A program made the translations under genes and the position numbers. DNA of 64,000 nt from Camelus dromedarius. Taxonomy: Eukaryota. The notes beneath the pieces were generated by a model, which ran no database searches, was not told where the DNA came from, and saw nothing but the letters and a program-made list of their open reading frames with translations. Position 1 is the stretch's first letter; each line of letters begins with the position of its first letter. This document shows, one piece after another, positions 62,684 through 64,000 of this stretch. Where the stretch lies: positions 70,310,001 through 70,374,000 of the forward strand of contig NC_087436.1 in the NCBI RefSeq assembly GCF_036321535.1, written 5' to 3'.

Positions 62684-64000
62684 TGTCCACTCATATTTTA
62701 AAGTGAGCTACAGAGAAGATGGTTGGAAGCCCTGCAGGCTTGTATTCTTGTTAGTTTTACTGTAGAGTGATTGGACAGCTGTTCTATTAAAGGACTTGCA
62801 AATGCCAACTTCTGTAGTTTCTCCAGAGAAAAAATATCCAACCTCTTACAAGGACAACTGACTATCAGCATTCTGGGAGCTATAGGGAGGGAGGAGTCTT
62901 GGTTTCCACAATTCAGTATGCAGATTTTCATTTAATGCCCTCGCTTTCAGTATGGGCCCTCATCCCTGTCCATAGCTGAGATATAGCTATTTTAACGTCT
63001 AAGTGAGTACATCTTTTGTCTTCAGCCATGGAGTTCCCTGGTTGTGTGGTTTGAGGAAGAGCCTCTTGGGATCTAATTGTTACTAGTAAAGGCTTTCAAT
63101 TTATCTTTGTTTCAGCCCCACCGAAGGACAAATTCAAGATTATTGGGGCATAAAGTTTATACAATTTAGGGGCTCCTTTTCATAAAAAGAATACAGAATT
63201 AGTTACTGGCCTTTGACAGAGCCTATATAAAAGAGTAAGACTTCCTTTCTCACTTTTACTTTCATAGGTACCAGAGTCTTCAGTTTCAGAGCTATTCCAG
63301 TGTTCTGAGTGGTGAACTGAATGATTTCGGTACAGCTACTTAAATCTCTGCTCAGCTAAGTCTGTTTCACTTGTCCATTCACTTTCTACTTCCTGTTACT
63401 TTGTTAACATCTCGACATCCATCCCGTCATCTCCTATTATTTTTCTGTTGTTATCATTTTTTCTTGTGAGCGAAGAAAAACGAGATTGTTCAATTTGTCA
63501 AGTGTAACCAGAACGTCTATTAACTCACTTTAAATTTGGAAGAGATCTCAGTAATCATCTAGTTCAGGGATCCTTAACCTGAATTTTAAGGAGGTTTGTG
63601 AGTCGTCTTCTACCAAAATTATAGGCACAATTTTGTACGGGGGTGTCTGTGTTGGTTTTCCTGAGGAGAAGATCTATAGCTCTTATGAGAGTCCCAAAAG
63701 TTAACATCCTTTGATTTCCATGGTTGAGGATATGAGGGTTAAGAGAGATGGAAGTCCGGCATCTCCTTGAGATTTTATGTTTCTAACAATAGAAAAGCCT
63801 TGATTCTTGGTAGAAAAGGTCACCCAAAGGGAGAATTTTTCAAGTCGTGAGCTTTCTGACTCTGGTTTTCCTGAGCACTCTCTAGTCCTCTCTCTTGGGC
63901 GTGTGGACATGTACAGAATCTTTGCTCTTGCTTAGCTGAAGCCCTTCTCCTTTGTTTAAAGATAGCTTTGTCTTCTATTGTGGGGAAGAGTAATTTTCCT

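Noticed and set aside
40600..64000. SLC4A4 coding exons or another protein-coding gene downstream of DCK
   Set aside because: No ORF or exon resembling a bicarbonate transporter or any other known protein was seen; the listed ORFs map to L1, L2, MIR or AT-rich noise.

Overview
This is mammalian genomic DNA, probably camelid (alpaca/llama/camel), judged from four Vic-1-like tRNA-derived SINEs and camelid-type L1 ends recognised from memory. On the + strand it holds the last three coding exons and a ~5.7 kb 3'UTR of MOB1B (1040-~11580). The complete 7-exon deoxycytidine kinase gene DCK follows (CpG-island promoter ~15.5-16.3 kb; CDS 15946-38450; 783 nt, 260 aa, intact). The remaining ~24 kb is repeat-rich and non-coding; by mammalian synteny it leads toward SLC4A4. 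Nearly all ORFs in the supplied track are spurious or repeat-derived. I found no convincing new gene system. The most interesting observations are: (1) a ~53-nt tailless L1 5'-terminus insertion with target-site duplications (TSDs); (2) a twin-primed 5'-inverted L1; (3) a U6 retropseudogene; (4) a DCK Tyr210Cys codon that also creates a competing GTAAG donor; (5) a 9-nt direct repeat at both ends of DCK intron 3; (6) candidate regulatory elements and non-coding exons at ~53.8-54.5 kb and ~57.8-58.1 kb. Repeat family names and human/mouse comparisons come from memory, not from searches, and repeat boundaries are approximate unless TSDs are given.
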